Part shown: in pieces, positions 1 through 9,416 of the stretch | How the letters are laid out: each line of letters opens with the position of its first letter | Position numbering within the stretch: position 1 is the first letter of the stretch | Virus record (IMG/VR): IMGVR_UViG_2671180984_000014 | DNA from: a virus | Taxonomy: Duplodnaviria; Heunggongvirae; Uroviricota; Caudoviricetes | Strand: one strand, 5' to 3' | Length of the DNA stretch: 64,000 nt | The notes under the pieces: model-generated | The model's database searches: none | Told to the model about the DNA's origin: nothing | Seen by the model: only the letters and a program-made list of their open reading frames with translations | Made by a program: the position numbers and the translations under genes

Positions 1-148
1 TATCCAGAATTAATCCGGTCAATTCTTCTGCAAGCAGTTTTGCTGTGTTAGCACTGTTTCGTGCCGATGTTATGGCACCAGGTGTTTTCATCCCACCGGC
101 GGCGGCCAATTTTTTATATGCGGATAACTGGTAGTCTTTTTCCAACAT
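1..148 (-). CDS. hypothetical protein, N-terminal 49 codons only (gene continues beyond window start)
   Basis: ATG at 148 preceded by AGGAG; open frame to window edge; directly downstream of and co-oriented with the PAAR-like ORF. Confidence 0.35.
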   Translation of the reverse strand, partial: MLEKDYQLSAYKKLAAAGGMKTPGAITSARNSANTAKLLAEELTGLILD

Positions 149-156
149 GATATCTC

Positions 157-441
157 CTAACTTACCTGAACCAGGCCGTCTCCGGACGCTACGGTAGATC
201 CGCATGAAACAGGGTCACCAACGCATACGATCCCTTTACCATTGACGGTAAACCATGCCCTGGTTGATATAGCTTGCCCACCGTGCGTACTGTTTCCATC
301 GGTATGCTGTGCATATTGCTTACCATCAACTAACACTTCGACTCCGTTGACTTTAAGTAGTGGTTCACTCTCTACAGGAGGCCTGGATGGGAATCCTCCG
401 TGCCCCGAACAAATGCTGTCTTTTGTTGCAATGCTTGCCAC
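157..441 (-). CDS. PAAR-like small protein (possible spike-tip protein)
   Basis: 94-aa ORF, GTG start; Gly/His-rich segments (SGHGG, STHGG) and C-terminal VCVGDPVSCGST reminiscent of PAAR-repeat proteins; weak call. Confidence 0.35.
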   Translation of the reverse strand: MASIATKDSICSGHGGFPSRPPVESEPLLKVNGVEVLVDGKQYAQHTDGNSTHGGQAISTRAWFTVNGKGIVCVGDPVSCGSTVASGDGLVQVS

Positions 442-522
442 GCCATCACCAATTATTTGCTCTGATTTTCGTTATTTTAACTTAGGTTATTTGTGGTCTG
501 TATGGCGTTTACTTATCGCAAA

Positions 523-539
523 ATTGCTCTAATAAATAT
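523..539 (+). promoter_or_regulatory. C1 repressor operator-like site
   Basis: ATTGCTCTAATAAATAT, one mismatch to the P1 C1 operator consensus ATTGCTCTAATAAATTT; in divergent intergenic region. Confidence 0.55.
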
Positions 540-610
540 TGTTTTTTATGTCGTATTTTCGGTACCATTCAGCCATCGCCCTTCAATGGGCATTTGTTTG
601 GAGTCGTCAG

Positions 611-895
611 ATGCAGATGGAGCTAATAAGCCGCAAAGAGTTCGATAGCCGTGTAACCAGCGGTGAACTCGACAACTTGCAGGCTATCAAGGTGAAAGAA
701 GGCTTTTGCCTCATTGGGAATCAGAGCGGAATAAATCGCGTTTTTATGCTTCGCCGTACGGATTTGAAGCCATTTGTCTGGAAGAACGAAATTGGTCCCA
801 GCTCATACGCTCAAACGAGGGGGTGCCACAACCTGGCCTTTTTCTACAAAGACGAGCTTTCTGTGGTTGATATTCAAGGGTTACAACATGTTTAA
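611..895 (+). CDS. hypothetical protein
   Basis: ATG at 611 with GGAG 8 nt upstream; 3' end overlaps the rdgC-like start; no recognisable motif. Confidence 0.3.
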   Translation: MQMELISRKEFDSRVTSGELDNLQAIKVKEGFCLIGNQSGINRVFMLRRTDLKPFVWKNEIGPSSYAQTRGCHNLAFFYKDELSVVDIQGLQHV

Positions 896-1793
896 GCACT
901 GGAAAAACATTACTATTTATAAACTTTCTCGTGAGGCGGATCTGACCGACTTAGAAGATAAAAAGAAAATGATCCTTTTCACGCCATGCGGTAGTCAGGA
1001 TATGGCCAAGTTCGGTTTTGTATCGCCATTTGGTGATAATTCTGAAGTTATCGCTATGCATGGAAATGGTTTTATCCTTGTTGAAGCAAAGCGCGAAACA
1101 AAAATTCTTCCCCCGCCGGTTATCCAGCGAGCTATTCAAGAAAAAATTGAAAAACTTGAGCAAGAACAAGCGCGTAAACTGAAGAAAACAGAGAAGGACT
1201 CCCTGAAAGACGAAGTTCTGCATTCTCTTCTGCCACGGGCTTTTTCAAAGTTTTCTGTTATCCAGGCGATCTACGACGGTTCAACTAAACGTATCTATAT
1301 CAATGCCAGCGCGCGGCAGGCAGAGGATATGCTCGCGCTTATGCGTAAGTCTCTGGGTTCTCTTCCTGCTGTTTCCCTGAGTGTTGAAAATCCCATTGAA
1401 TTAACGCTGACCGACTGGGTACGTGATGGTAGTGCTCCACAGGGATTTCAAATGGGGGATGCGGCAGAACTTAAGGCAGTGCTTGAGGATGGCGGTATTG
1501 CCCGAGTGAAAAAGCAGGATTTGGGAAGCGATGAAATTTCCACACACCTGGAAGCTGGCAAGCTCGTCACTAAGTTGGCACTCGACTGGCAGAACCGCAT
1601 TAAATTTACACTGGACCATAACTTCAGCCTTACCAGCGTCAAATTTGCGGATGAATTGCTTGAGCAGAACTCTGATATTGATAGTGAAGATGTTGCGCAG
1701 CGACTGGACGCAGATTTCTTCCTGTTGACCAGTGAAATTTCGTGCCTGGTTGATGCTCTGGTAAATGCCCTTGGCGGAGAGGCTAAGCAGTGA
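888..1793 (+). CDS. rdgC: RdgC-family recombination-associated protein
   Basis: 301-aa ORF with near full-length resemblance to enterobacterial RdgC ([38 protein letters not shown]-terminal GGEAKQ); stop overlaps GTG start of next gene (GTGA). Confidence 0.85.
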   Translation: MFKHWKNITIYKLSREADLTDLEDKKKMILFTPCGSQDMAKFGFVSPFGDNSEVIAMHGNGFILVEAKRETKILPPPVIQRAIQEKIEKLEQEQARKLKKTEKDSLKDEVLHSLLPRAFSKFSVIQAIYDGSTKRIYINASARQAEDMLALMRKSLGSLPAVSLSVENPIELTLTDWVRDGSAPQGFQMGDAAELKAVLEDGGIARVKKQDLGSDEISTHLEAGKLVTKLALDWQNRIKFTLDHNFSLTSVKFADELLEQNSDIDSEDVAQRLDADFFLLTSEISCLVDALVNALGGEAKQ

Positions 1794-4700
1794 AAGAGCT
1801 GTGCTATGGATCTGTTTGCAGTGGAATTGAAGCCGCGAGTATTGCCTGGGAACCGTTGGGTATGCGTCCGGCGTGGTTTGCTGAAATCGAGCCTTTTCCA
1901 TCGGCCGTTCTTGCGCTCCGCTGGCCCCATGTTGCCAACCTTGGCGACATGAAAAAACTTGCCAAAAAAGTCTTGGCTGGGGAAATCGAATCCCCTGACG
2001 TGCTCGTCGGGGGAACACCATGTTTTACCGCGGGGCATATGGTTCTTTGTAAAAATGGCTATAAACCAATAGAAAATGTTTGCCCTGGTGATTACGTAGT
2101 CAGTCATCTCGGGCGGTTACAACAAGTAAAAAGAGTTGGTTCAAAAATAGCTAATACGGGGTTACTTAATGCCGTTGGGCAGCCTTTAGGTATAAGAACA
2201 ACCAATGACCATCCCTTCCTGGCTGTTCGGTGGAAAGCCCAAAACACCCGGAAAAATGGCACATATTTTAAGAGAGAGTTGTTGTCTGAACCGGAATGGC
2301 GAGCAGCATGTGATATGCCGGGATATCAATGGTGCGCTCTAACTAATTTCAATATTGCATTTCCAGATATTTGTTCTCGGTTCTTGTCTGAAGAACAGGC
2401 TATGTATCTTGCGGGCGCTTATGTTGGCGATGGATATATTAGGAGATGGAGAGGTAAATCTAAGAAGGCGGTTGTTTTTGGCATAAATTGCCAGAAATTG
2501 AGAAAGTTTCATTGCCGCATACCAGAAAACATATTTTCCGTGGCAAGCGAAATCCGAGGGAGCATCAAAGTAACCTTGAATGATACGTGTTATGCCAATT
2601 GGCTTAATGAACATTTTGGCGAGTTAAGCCATGCTAAGCGTATCCCTGCATGGGTGATGTCGCATCCATTGCGTCATGTGTTTTTACAAGGCTATCTTGA
2701 TACTGATGGGACACCAAGTGGTAAAGCGGGATTTAGAATTAATAGTGTTAGTTCTGCGCTTGCTTGGGGCGTTGCGGGGTTGTCACAGACTTGTGGTTAT
2801 GTTTCTTCGGTCAGCTTTATTGAAGTTGAGCCCAAAAAAGTGATCGAGGATCGCGTGGTAAATCAACGGAATTATTATCAGGTAACAATCTGCCCGCAGA
2901 AATTGTCACGTAAATCAAGATTGGCTCATGGAATGCTTTTACGAACAGTCAAAGAGTTTAAATCGGTAGGCCTAGATACTGTATACAACATAGAAGTCGA
3001 AGGTGATCATTCCTATATCCTCAATGGTGCGGTGGTCCATAACTGTCAGGCATTCAGTATCGCGGGATTACGTGGTGGGCTTGATGATGAGCGTGGCGCG
3101 CTAACTTTAAAGTATGTGGAGCTTGCAAATGCAATTGACGACAAACGGGCTGAGTCATTTCTCAAACCAGCCGTTATCGTCTGGGAAAATGTCCCAGGAG
3201 TCTTGTCATCGGCAGATAACGCCTTCGGATGTTTCCTTGCCGGATTGGCTGGAGAAGATGTGCCATTTGAACCAGGTGATCGACCTGAATCAGGAAAAAG
3301 CAACGCGTTCTGGCGGTGGGATGGCAAAACCGGTTGCCATGTTCCAAAGTGGCCGCAGTGTGGTTGTATTTATGGACCGCAGCGAAAAGTGGCCTGGAGA
3401 ATCCTTGATGCCCAATACTTCGGAGTGGCACAACGACGCCGACGCGTGTTTGTTGTCGCAAGTGCTCGAACAGATCTCGATCCCGCAACGGTACTTTTTG
3501 AGTTCGAAGGCGTGCGCCGGAATATTGCGCCGAGCAGAGGCGAGGGGAAGGAAACTACCAGATATACTTCAAACATCGCTATCAGAACTTGCGATGATAC
3601 AAACATAATTGCCATGGCACATGGGCAAGGAGGGGCTGAGATAAAAACCGATAATTCGGCACCAACTTTGACATGTAACCATGAAGCACCAATTGTATTG
3701 CTCGGCGACGGTAGAATGCGCCGTCTTACCCCTGTCGAATGTGAAAGGCTGCAAGGTTTTCCTGATTGGCATACGTTGATCCCTACGGAAAAGCGTAAAA
3801 AAGTTAATTCAGATGAACTGGCATATCTGCACAATCACTATCCAGATTTAAGCGAAGAAGAGGCCGCAATGCTTGCAGCTGACGGACCGCGTTACAAAGC
3901 GATCGGCAATAGTATGGCAATACCAGTAATGCGCTGGATTGGCGATCGGATTACTAAGGCCGTATGTCGGCAGAAAGAAGGAAGTGAAACAAAAGAGCGA
4001 AAAGTTAAACCAGCGGCAGAATTCGAACGGTCCATATTCAAATGGGCTGGTGGAAAATTTGGTGTTCTGGAACAAATCTTTCGCTATTTGCCAGAAGGGA
4101 AGCGCCTGATTGAACCTTTCGTTGGTGGCGGAGCTGTCTTCATGAATGCCGGATACCAGGAAAATCTGCTAAATGATGTGAATGCTGACCTGATTAACTT
4201 TTACAAGACTCTGCAACGCGAGGCGCATTCACTTATCACTCTGGCACATCGTTTCTTCCAGGACTACAACACACAGGAAGGATACCTGGCAGTACGGAAT
4301 GCGTTTAACAAACAAGTCTATGATGATTTACATCGCGCAGCGGCGTTTTTGTTCCTGAACCGACATTGTTTTAACGGATTGACGCGTTACAACCAGGCCG
4401 GTGAGTTCAATGTCGGTTATGGGAAGTATAAAACTCCGTATTTCCCATTACAGGAGATGGAAGCCTTCCTCGGTGCGGAAGGGCGGTCTGAGTTTGTATG
4501 CGGTGATTTTGCAGCGGTGATTGAAGCTGCCGGAGAAGGAGATGTCATCTTTTGCGATCCGCCGTATGAACCGCTTCCAAATACAGAGGGATTCACGAAC
4601 TATTCCGGTCATGACTTTAAGTTTGAAGAGCAAAAACGCCTGGTGTCTCTGTTGACGGATGCTCATCGTCGAGGTGCAAAGGTTCTCATTACTAACAGTG

Positions 4701-4831
4701 GCGCGCCAAACATCAGAGAGCTTTATCATGACAGTGGCTTCAGAGTGGAACCTCTTTTTGCCAGACGTTCTGTGTCTTGTAAGGGGGACACTCGAGGTGT
4801 AGCTCATGACGTTTTGGGTATATTGCTCTAA
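1790..4831 (+). CDS. dmt: bifunctional DNA methyltransferase (C5-cytosine MTase fused to Dam-family N6-adenine MTase), intein-containing precursor
   Basis: 1013-aa uninterrupted frame; C5-MTase motif I (SVCSGIEAA), split motif IV (GGTP / CQAFSIAG), motif VI (VWENVPG), VIII (QRRRRVF), X ([13 protein letters not shown]); C-terminal ~270 aa with FKWAGGK and FCDPPYEP of Dam-class MTases. Confidence 0.85.
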   Translation: MKELCYGSVCSGIEAASIAWEPLGMRPAWFAEIEPFPSAVLALRWPHVANLGDMKKLAKKVLAGEIESPDVLVGGTPCFTAGHMVLCKNGYKPIENVCPGDYVVSHLGRLQQVKRVGSKIANTGLLNAVGQPLGIRTTNDHPFLAVRWKAQNTRKNGTYFKRELLSEPEWRAACDMPGYQWCALTNFNIAFPDICSRFLSEEQAMYLAGAYVGDGYIRRWRGKSKKAVVFGINCQKLRKFHCRIPENIFSVASEIRGSIKVTLNDTCYANWLNEHFGELSHAKRIPAWVMSHPLRHVFLQGYLDTDGTPSGKAGFRINSVSSALAWGVAGLSQTCGYVSSVSFIEVEPKKVIEDRVVNQRNYYQVTICPQKLSRKSRLAHGMLLRTVKEFKSVGLDTVYNIEVEGDHSYILNGAVVHNCQAFSIAGLRGGLDDERGALTLKYVELANAIDDKRAESFLKPAVIVWENVPGVLSSADNAFGCFLAGLAGEDVPFEPGDRPESGKSNAFWRWDGKTGCHVPKWPQCGCIYGPQRKVAWRILDAQYFGVAQRRRRVFVVASARTDLDPATVLFEFEGVRRNIAPSRGEGKETTRYTSNIAIRTCDDTNIIAMAHGQGGAEIKTDNSAPTLTCNHEAPIVLLGDGRMRRLTPVECERLQGFPDWHTLIPTEKRKKVNSDELAYLHNHYPDLSEEEAAMLAADGPRYKAIGNSMAIPVMRWIGDRITKAVCRQKEGSETKERKVKPAAEFERSIFKWAGGKFGVLEQIFRYLPEGKRLIEPFVGGGAVFMNAGYQENLLNDVNADLINFYKTLQREAHSLITLAHRFFQDYNTQEGYLAVRNAFNKQVYDDLHRAAAFLFLNRHCFNGLTRYNQAGEFNVGYGKYKTPYFPLQEMEAFLGAEGRSEFVCGDFAAVIEAAGEGDVIFCDPPYEPLPNTEGFTNYSGHDFKFEEQKRLVSLLTDAHRRGAKVLITNSGAPNIRELYHDSGFRVEPLFARRSVSCKGDTRGVAHDVLGILL
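2021..3043 (+). mobile_element. intein with LAGLIDADG homing-endonuclease domain, in frame inside C5-MTase motif IV
   Basis: 341 codons starting with Cys (CFTAGHMVL), block B TxxH (RTTNDHPF), two LAGLIDADG-like blocks ([21 protein letters not shown]), terminal VVHN followed by +1 Cys; removal restores [12 protein letters not shown]. Confidence 0.8.
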
Positions 4832-4849
4832 TAAATTTATTAGTGTAAT
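4822..4849. promoter_or_regulatory. C1 operator (perfect match) plus overlapping inverted degenerate copy
   Basis: ATTGCTCTAATAAATTT at 4822-4838 overlapping the dmt stop codon; inverted partial copy AAATTTATTAGTGTAAT at 4833-4849. Confidence 0.6.
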
Positions 4850-5012
4850 ATTACCTCAATGAATCGTGATTTATAGAGCGATTTAGCTGTTAGCCGCGAC
4901 AGGCGCGGCGGTAAGCATGGCTGGGCCTAGTCCTCCCAGACAAACCACCGAGTTGCCAGGTTGACCATGCGCCTAAGTGGCAACGCCGAAGTGCGTTACG
5001 AGCGTCCAGTTT

Positions 5013-5038
5013 GCCCATCTTCGGGTGGGCGTTTTTTT
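5013..5038 (+). terminator. rho-independent terminator
   Basis: GC-rich hairpin GCCCATCTTCGGGTGGGC followed by GTTTTTTT. Confidence 0.55.
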
Positions 5039-5220
5039 CAGGGTTTTCGTCATGGTTAGCGACTTTGCGGCGGTTTAGAAACTGACCATTAAAGTAAATG
5101 CAAACGATGATCTGATGATGGTAGCGGCCTAAGAAGCCAGATGCCATGGGGTATGAGTCGTCCCCCGTCAAAAAATCGACCGCAGAGTGTCCCCGTCTGT
5201 GTATTAGGGAACGGGGAGGC

Positions 5221-5300
5221 ACAACAGGTAAGGGCGCTGGTGTGATTAACCAGATGAACGAGAAGGGGCCATCTGTTGGTCAGCGTCCTTTCCTGTTGCG
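5221..5300 (+). repeat. stem-loop module, upstream member of a four-copy family
   Basis: ACAGGTAAGGGCGCTG ... CAGCGTCCTTTCCTGT imperfect inverted repeat followed by TGCGTTTTC; related to modules at 5753, 6113, 6395. Confidence 0.35.
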
Positions 5301-5503
5301 TTTTCTTTTCAGCGTAACAGCGGTGCTTAACAGCACTTTGGGTACAGTTCCACGAATTTACGGGTATATCCCGTCATGCTGAAGGCGCTAATCACGCTGG
5401 AAGCCAGGGTTATGCATCCCCTGTTACCGAATTGCAGCCAGGGCGCGGTGCGCCGAAAAGCATACGGAGGTGGAAGCCCTCGCCGGAGACGTACCCGGCA
5501 AGT

Positions 5504-5578
5504 GATGGTGTAGCTCAGCGGTAGAGCAGTTGGCTGTTAACCAACTGGTCGGTAGTTCGAATCCACCCACCATCGCCA
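5504..5578 (+). tRNA. trnA: tRNA-Asn (anticodon GTT)
   Basis: cloverleaf: acceptor GATGGTG/CACCATC, D-arm GCTC-AGCGGTA-GAGC, anticodon stem GTTGG/CCAAC with loop CTGTTAA, T-loop TTCGAAT, encoded CCA. Confidence 0.7.
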
Positions 5579-5583
5579 CTTTA

Positions 5584-5670
5584 GGGGAGTTAGTCCGTAG
5601 GGGTAGCGGGGTAGACTGTAAATCTACTGTCATTGCGACTCGGGTGGTTCGACTCCATCACTCCCCACCA
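5584..5670 (+). tRNA. tRNA-Tyr-like (anticodon GTA), long variable arm
   Basis: acceptor GGGGAGT/ACTCCCC perfectly paired, anticodon stem GTAGA/TCTAC with loop CTGTAAA, long variable arm, T-loop TTCGACT, encoded CCA; D-arm less canonical. Confidence 0.55.
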
Positions 5671-5674
5671 CATT

Positions 5675-5750
5675 GCCGATTTAGCTCAGTTGGTAGAGCA
5701 GTCGCTTTGTAAGCGAATGGTCAGCGGTTCGATCCCGTTAATCGGCACCA
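5675..5750 (+). tRNA. trnT: tRNA-Thr (anticodon TGT)
   Basis: acceptor GCCGATT/AATCGGC, D-arm GCTC-AGTTGGTA-GAGC, anticodon loop TTTGTAA, T-arm AGCGG-TTCGATC-CCGTT, encoded CCA. Confidence 0.8.
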
Positions 5751-5752
5751 AC

Positions 5753-5830
5753 ATAACAGGTAAGAGCATTCTCCCTTATGGGGCCTGGCTTAAATGCATC
5801 GAGTGCTCTTACCGTTGTGATGAAGTGCAG
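5753..5830 (+). repeat. stem-loop module, copy 1
   Basis: 10-bp inverted repeat GGTAAGAGCA ... TGCTCTTACC followed by GTTGTGATGAAGTGC. Confidence 0.45.
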
Positions 5831-6112
5831 ATCTTAGAAGCAACCAGAAGATAAGCATCTGGCTTCACAACATAAACCGCAGGAACGACCAATAAACGGT
5901 AGTCCGTATGGAGAACACCCCGTTGAGGAAGAGGCCTGGCCGGAACCGTAACCGGCGACTGGTAATGTGTGTAAATGGAGCGAAATATGTGGGCGTTTAA
6001 CGGGATACGGGTTGTAACAGCGATTATTAACGGCGAACTTAAGTATTCACGTTTCGAGACAAATGAACGTGATGGGAAATGTATTGGTGTGCGGTTAGTA
6101 AGAGAATACGCA

Positions 6113-6225
6113 TAACAACTACAACGTTGAGAACACTGGCGTAACGGGGTCATATCCCAATCTACGAATAAATGTTGCGTTGCCGCGTGACAACCAGTGT
6201 TCTCAACATTGTGGTGAATGCACAG
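6113..6225 (+). repeat. stem-loop module, copy 2
   Basis: perfect 14-bp inverted repeat GTTGAGAACACTGG ... CCAGTGTTCTCAAC; loop contains GTAACGGGGTCATATCCCAATCTAC; followed by ATTGTGGTGAATGCAC. Confidence 0.45.
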
Positions 6226-6394
6226 GCTGATGTGCCGCAACTACAGTAGTGCGCGCTTTGCGGGGCTTGCTACAACCCTGTGTCGGAGTTCAGCACCGAC
6301 CATCACAGTTTGATTCTCTGGCATGAGCATAACGCTGAAATAAGTCCAGTCTGGTGCGGTCTGATCACCCGCCGTTAGCTCCACGAAACGGAGC

Positions 6395-6485
6395 ACGTAA
6401 CAGGTAAGAGCATTCTCCTGTAACGGGTTCATATCCCAATCTACAGGTCCACCAAGAATGCTCTTTCCGTTGCGGTGAATGCGGC
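6395..6485 (+). repeat. stem-loop module, copy 3
   Basis: 14-bp inverted repeat GGTAAGAGCATTCT ... AGAATGCTCTTTCC (1 mismatch); loop contains GTAACGGGTTCATATCCCAATCTAC; followed by GTTGCGGTGAATGCGG. Confidence 0.45.
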
Positions 6486-6623
6486 TAAGCGCACGCGGGG
6501 AAATGGTTATATCTGTCCATTATTTCTCCTTGTTTCCACGTCCACGGTGGATAACCAGCCAAAGGACACCGGGAGGAACCCGGCACCGCAGCTTTTTTAT
6601 TCGTTAAATAATGGAGTGAGAGG

Positions 6624-6860
6624 ATGCAGAACAATCCGAACAAATGTCGAACGCTATGGGTGCGGTTATATATTTATGCCGTCCTCTGTTTGATTGTGTC
6701 ACTGGTTCTGTATGTTTGGCTTTTGCCAAATATGATCTCATCTAACAGCACAATACTTGTATTGTTGGGAGTCCTTCTCGCGCTCATTTACCCGGCTTTC
6801 GCAGTAGTCTTTTTTCGTGAAAAAACCAGGAAATTAATTAATGAAAAAAACGTTGATTAG
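6624..6860 (+). CDS. upl: small membrane protein upstream of plp
   Basis: 78-aa ORF with two hydrophobic helices; overlaps plp start; position matches P1 upl. Confidence 0.45.
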   Translation: MQNNPNKCRTLWVRLYIYAVLCLIVSLVLYVWLLPNMISSNSTILVLLGVLLALIYPAFAVVFFREKTRKLINEKNVD

Positions 6861-7668
6861 TGCAGCGATTATTTTGGGTTCTTTATGTCTGACCGGATGC
6901 GATCGGGTAGAGCCAGGTAACGTAGGGATCAAAGTAAATAAGCTGGGGGATGATAAAGGTATCGGTGAAGTAGTTGGCGTTGGTCGCTACTGGACAGGCT
7001 TGAATACTGAAGTTTATATCTTCCCGACCTTTAAGCAAATGAAGACATACGATGAGCCGTTCAGCTTCCAGATGAGCGACGGAACAACCATTGGTTACCA
7101 CATCGGCGTAGCCTACAAGGTTGATCCAGCAAAAGTCACAACGGTATTTCAGACCTATCGCAAAGGTGTAGATGATATTACTGATACCGATCTACGCCAG
7201 AAGGTTGCAGATGCTCTGAACCGATTAGCCAGCAAAATGACCACCGACAAATTTATCGACGGTGGCAAATCTGAATTGCTTGATGCAGCCCTTAAAGACA
7301 TTCAGGAAGAAATGACGCCAATCGGCATTCAGGTGATGAGCCTCTCTTATGTAGGTAAGCCAGAATACCCGCCAACAGTTATTGACAGTATTAACGCCAA
7401 AGTCACGGCAAACCAAAAAACCCTGCAACGCGAGCAAGAGGTCAAACAACGTGAAGCAGAGGCCAACATGCTGCGCGCGGAAGCTGCCGGACAGGCTGAT
7501 GCTATTCGCACAAAAGCCCAGGCCGAAGCTGATGCCATTCGTTTACGTGGTGAAGCTCTGCGCCAGAACCCCGGTGTTATGGACTTGGAAGCGATCAACA
7601 AATGGAACGGTACATTACCGCAGTATATGACCAGTAATACCGCTGTTCCGTTTGTTCCGGTGAAATAA
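6841..7668 (+). CDS. plp: SPFH/band-7 domain lipoprotein
   Basis: signal peptide with lipobox LTGC; prohibitin/HflC-like core and Ala/Glu-rich coiled-coil tail. Confidence 0.7.
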   Translation: MKKTLISAAIILGSLCLTGCDRVEPGNVGIKVNKLGDDKGIGEVVGVGRYWTGLNTEVYIFPTFKQMKTYDEPFSFQMSDGTTIGYHIGVAYKVDPAKVTTVFQTYRKGVDDITDTDLRQKVADALNRLASKMTTDKFIDGGKSELLDAALKDIQEEMTPIGIQVMSLSYVGKPEYPPTVIDSINAKVTANQKTLQREQEVKQREAEANMLRAEAAGQADAIRTKAQAEADAIRLRGEALRQNPGVMDLEAINKWNGTLPQYMTSNTAVPFVPVK

Positions 7669-7695
7669 AAGCGTAAGCAAAATTGGCAGTAATCC

Positions 7696-7771
7696 GGCCC
7701 TTTAGCTCAGTGGTTAGAGCTGGCGACTCATAATCGCACGGTCACCGGTTCAAGTCCGGTAGGGGCCACCA
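7696..7771 (+). tRNA. trnI: tRNA with CAT anticodon, tRNA-Ile2 (lysidine) type rather than tRNA-Met
   Basis: acceptor GGCCCTT/AGGGGCC, anticodon loop CTCATAA, T-arm ACCGG-TTCAAGT-CCGGT, encoded CCA; overall close to enterobacterial ileX as recalled. Confidence 0.75.
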
Positions 7772-8051
7772 TATTTGGTTGTAACACGGCGTCTGGCACA
7801 TGCGTCGTTAGCGGTCTGGTGACGTTAAAGGGGTAACCTTTCCCCTAGCTCAGGCAACAAACCAGGTAGCCGGAATGTGCAAGCCCCGTTCATAGCGTCG
7901 GACTGCGGATTCACCATCCTGGCGATTCGGTGTGACAGCCGGGAAGAGTCCGGCGCATTAATCCTGATTTTCTGGTGATGACTCATATCGTTAGGAGTGA
8001 TTTGAGTATGCCGATTATATCTGACATTCAGCACGCCTGGGTGGAGTGCTA

Positions 8052-9416
8052 ATGTCTGCATCCCCTCTTGAATCCATGCCAAATTCCCTTAGTGCAGAAC
8101 AAGCTGTACTTGGTGGCTTAATGCTTGATAACTGCCGCTGGGATGAAGTTGCAGATCGTATAGTTGCTGATGATTTTTATACCAGTGCTCATCGTGAAAT
8201 TTTCAGTGAGATGGAGAGGTTATTAAGTCATGGCAAACCGATTGATTTGATAACACTTGCTGAAGCACTTGAACAGAACGGTAAATTAGAACGCGCCGGT
8301 GGTTTTGCGTACCTTGCGGAGATGTCAAAGAACACGCCCAGCGCGGCAAATATTTGTGCTTATGCGGATATCGTTCGTGAACGCGCGGTTGTTCGTGAAA
8401 TGATTTCCGTCGCAAATGAAATAGCTGAAGCTGGATATGCGCAGGATGGCAGGGGCAGCAATGAATTGCTGGATATGGCCGAGCGCCGCGTTTTTGAAAT
8501 AGCTGAAAAACGACAAAAGAGCGGTAGTGGTCCAAAAGATATCGCCAGCATTCTCGATGCAACGGTATCTCGCATAGAAGAGTTGTTTCAGCGACCGCAT
8601 GATGGTGTAACGGGGCTTGATACCGGATTTACCGATCTCAATAAGAAGACGGCAGGACTTCAGGCGTCCGATCTCATTATTGTCGCCGCCCGCCCATCGA
8701 TGGGGAAGACTACGTTTGCGATGAATCTCGTCGAAAATGCCGCAGTCCGTAACGATAAGCCCGTATTGGTTTTTAGCCTTGAGATGCCGAGCCACCAACT
8801 GATGATGCGCTCACTGGCTTCTCTTGCACGCGTTGATCAGACTCGTATTCGAACAGGGCAACTTAACGACGAGGATTGGGCGCGGGTTTCTGGCGCAATG
8901 GGGATTCTGTTGGACAAGCAGAATATTTTTATTGATGACTCAAGCGCCCTAACACCTACAGAGCTTCGTTCCCGCGCTCGTCGTGTTTATAAAGAAAATG
9001 GTGGTTTGAGCATGATTATGATCGACTACCTGCAACTTATGCGCGTCCCCGAGCTGCAAGATAACCGAACGCTGGAAATTGCCGAGATTTCTCGCTCACT
9101 GAAGGCTTTGGCGAAGGAATTACAAGTACCGGTGGTGGCATTGTCACAACTTAATCGATCGCTTGAACAGCGTGCGGACAAACGACCGGTAAATTCAGAT
9201 TTACGTGAATCAGGAGCAATTGAGCAGGACGCAGACCTGATCATGTTTCTGTATCGCGACGAAGTTTATCACCCGGATAGCGAAATGAAGGGCATTGCCG
9301 AGGTAATTATCGGAAAGCAACGAAATGGCCCAATTGGCACGGTGAGATTGGCTTTTAACGGCCAATACTCACGGTTTGATAACTATGCTGGTGCTGACTG
9401 GCAAGAGGATTATTAA
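8052..9416 (+). CDS. ban: DnaB-family replicative helicase (Ban)
   Basis: 454 aa from ATG 8052 (GGAG upstream; ORF track starts at GTG 8046); near full-length similarity to E. coli DnaB incl. Walker A ARPSMGKTTFA and C-terminal GKQRNGPIGTVRL. Confidence 0.9.
   Translation: MSASPLESMPNSLSAEQAVLGGLMLDNCRWDEVADRIVADDFYTSAHREIFSEMERLLSHGKPIDLITLAEALEQNGKLERAGGFAYLAEMSKNTPSAANICAYADIVRERAVVREMISVANEIAEAGYAQDGRGSNELLDMAERRVFEIAEKRQKSGSGPKDIASILDATVSRIEELFQRPHDGVTGLDTGFTDLNKKTAGLQASDLIIVAARPSMGKTTFAMNLVENAAVRNDKPVLVFSLEMPSHQLMMRSLASLARVDQTRIRTGQLNDEDWARVSGAMGILLDKQNIFIDDSSALTPTELRSRARRVYKENGGLSMIMIDYLQLMRVPELQDNRTLEIAEISRSLKALAKELQVPVVALSQLNRSLEQRADKRPVNSDLRESGAIEQDADLIMFLYRDEVYHPDSEMKGIAEVIIGKQRNGPIGTVRLAFNGQYSRFDNYAGADWQEDY

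Noticed and set aside
539-610. N-terminal extension of the ORF upstream of rdgC (ORF track start 539)
   Set aside because: No RBS at 539; ATG at 611 has a GGAG Shine-Dalgarno, so the shorter form was preferred
2339-4807. Minus-strand ORFs of 67-164 aa within dmt
   Set aside because: Antisense to the methyltransferase/intein frame and lacking start context
1790-4831. Reading the 1013-aa ORF as two separate methyltransferase genes or as a gene disrupted by an insertion sequence
   Set aside because: Single uninterrupted frame; the insert has intein hallmarks and its excision restores motif IV; no stop or RBS between the C5 and Dam domains
4890-6432. Small ORFs on both strands overlapping the tRNA genes and stem-loop modules
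   Set aside because: Overlap confidently folded tRNAs or repeat hairpins; no RBS; region better explained as non-coding
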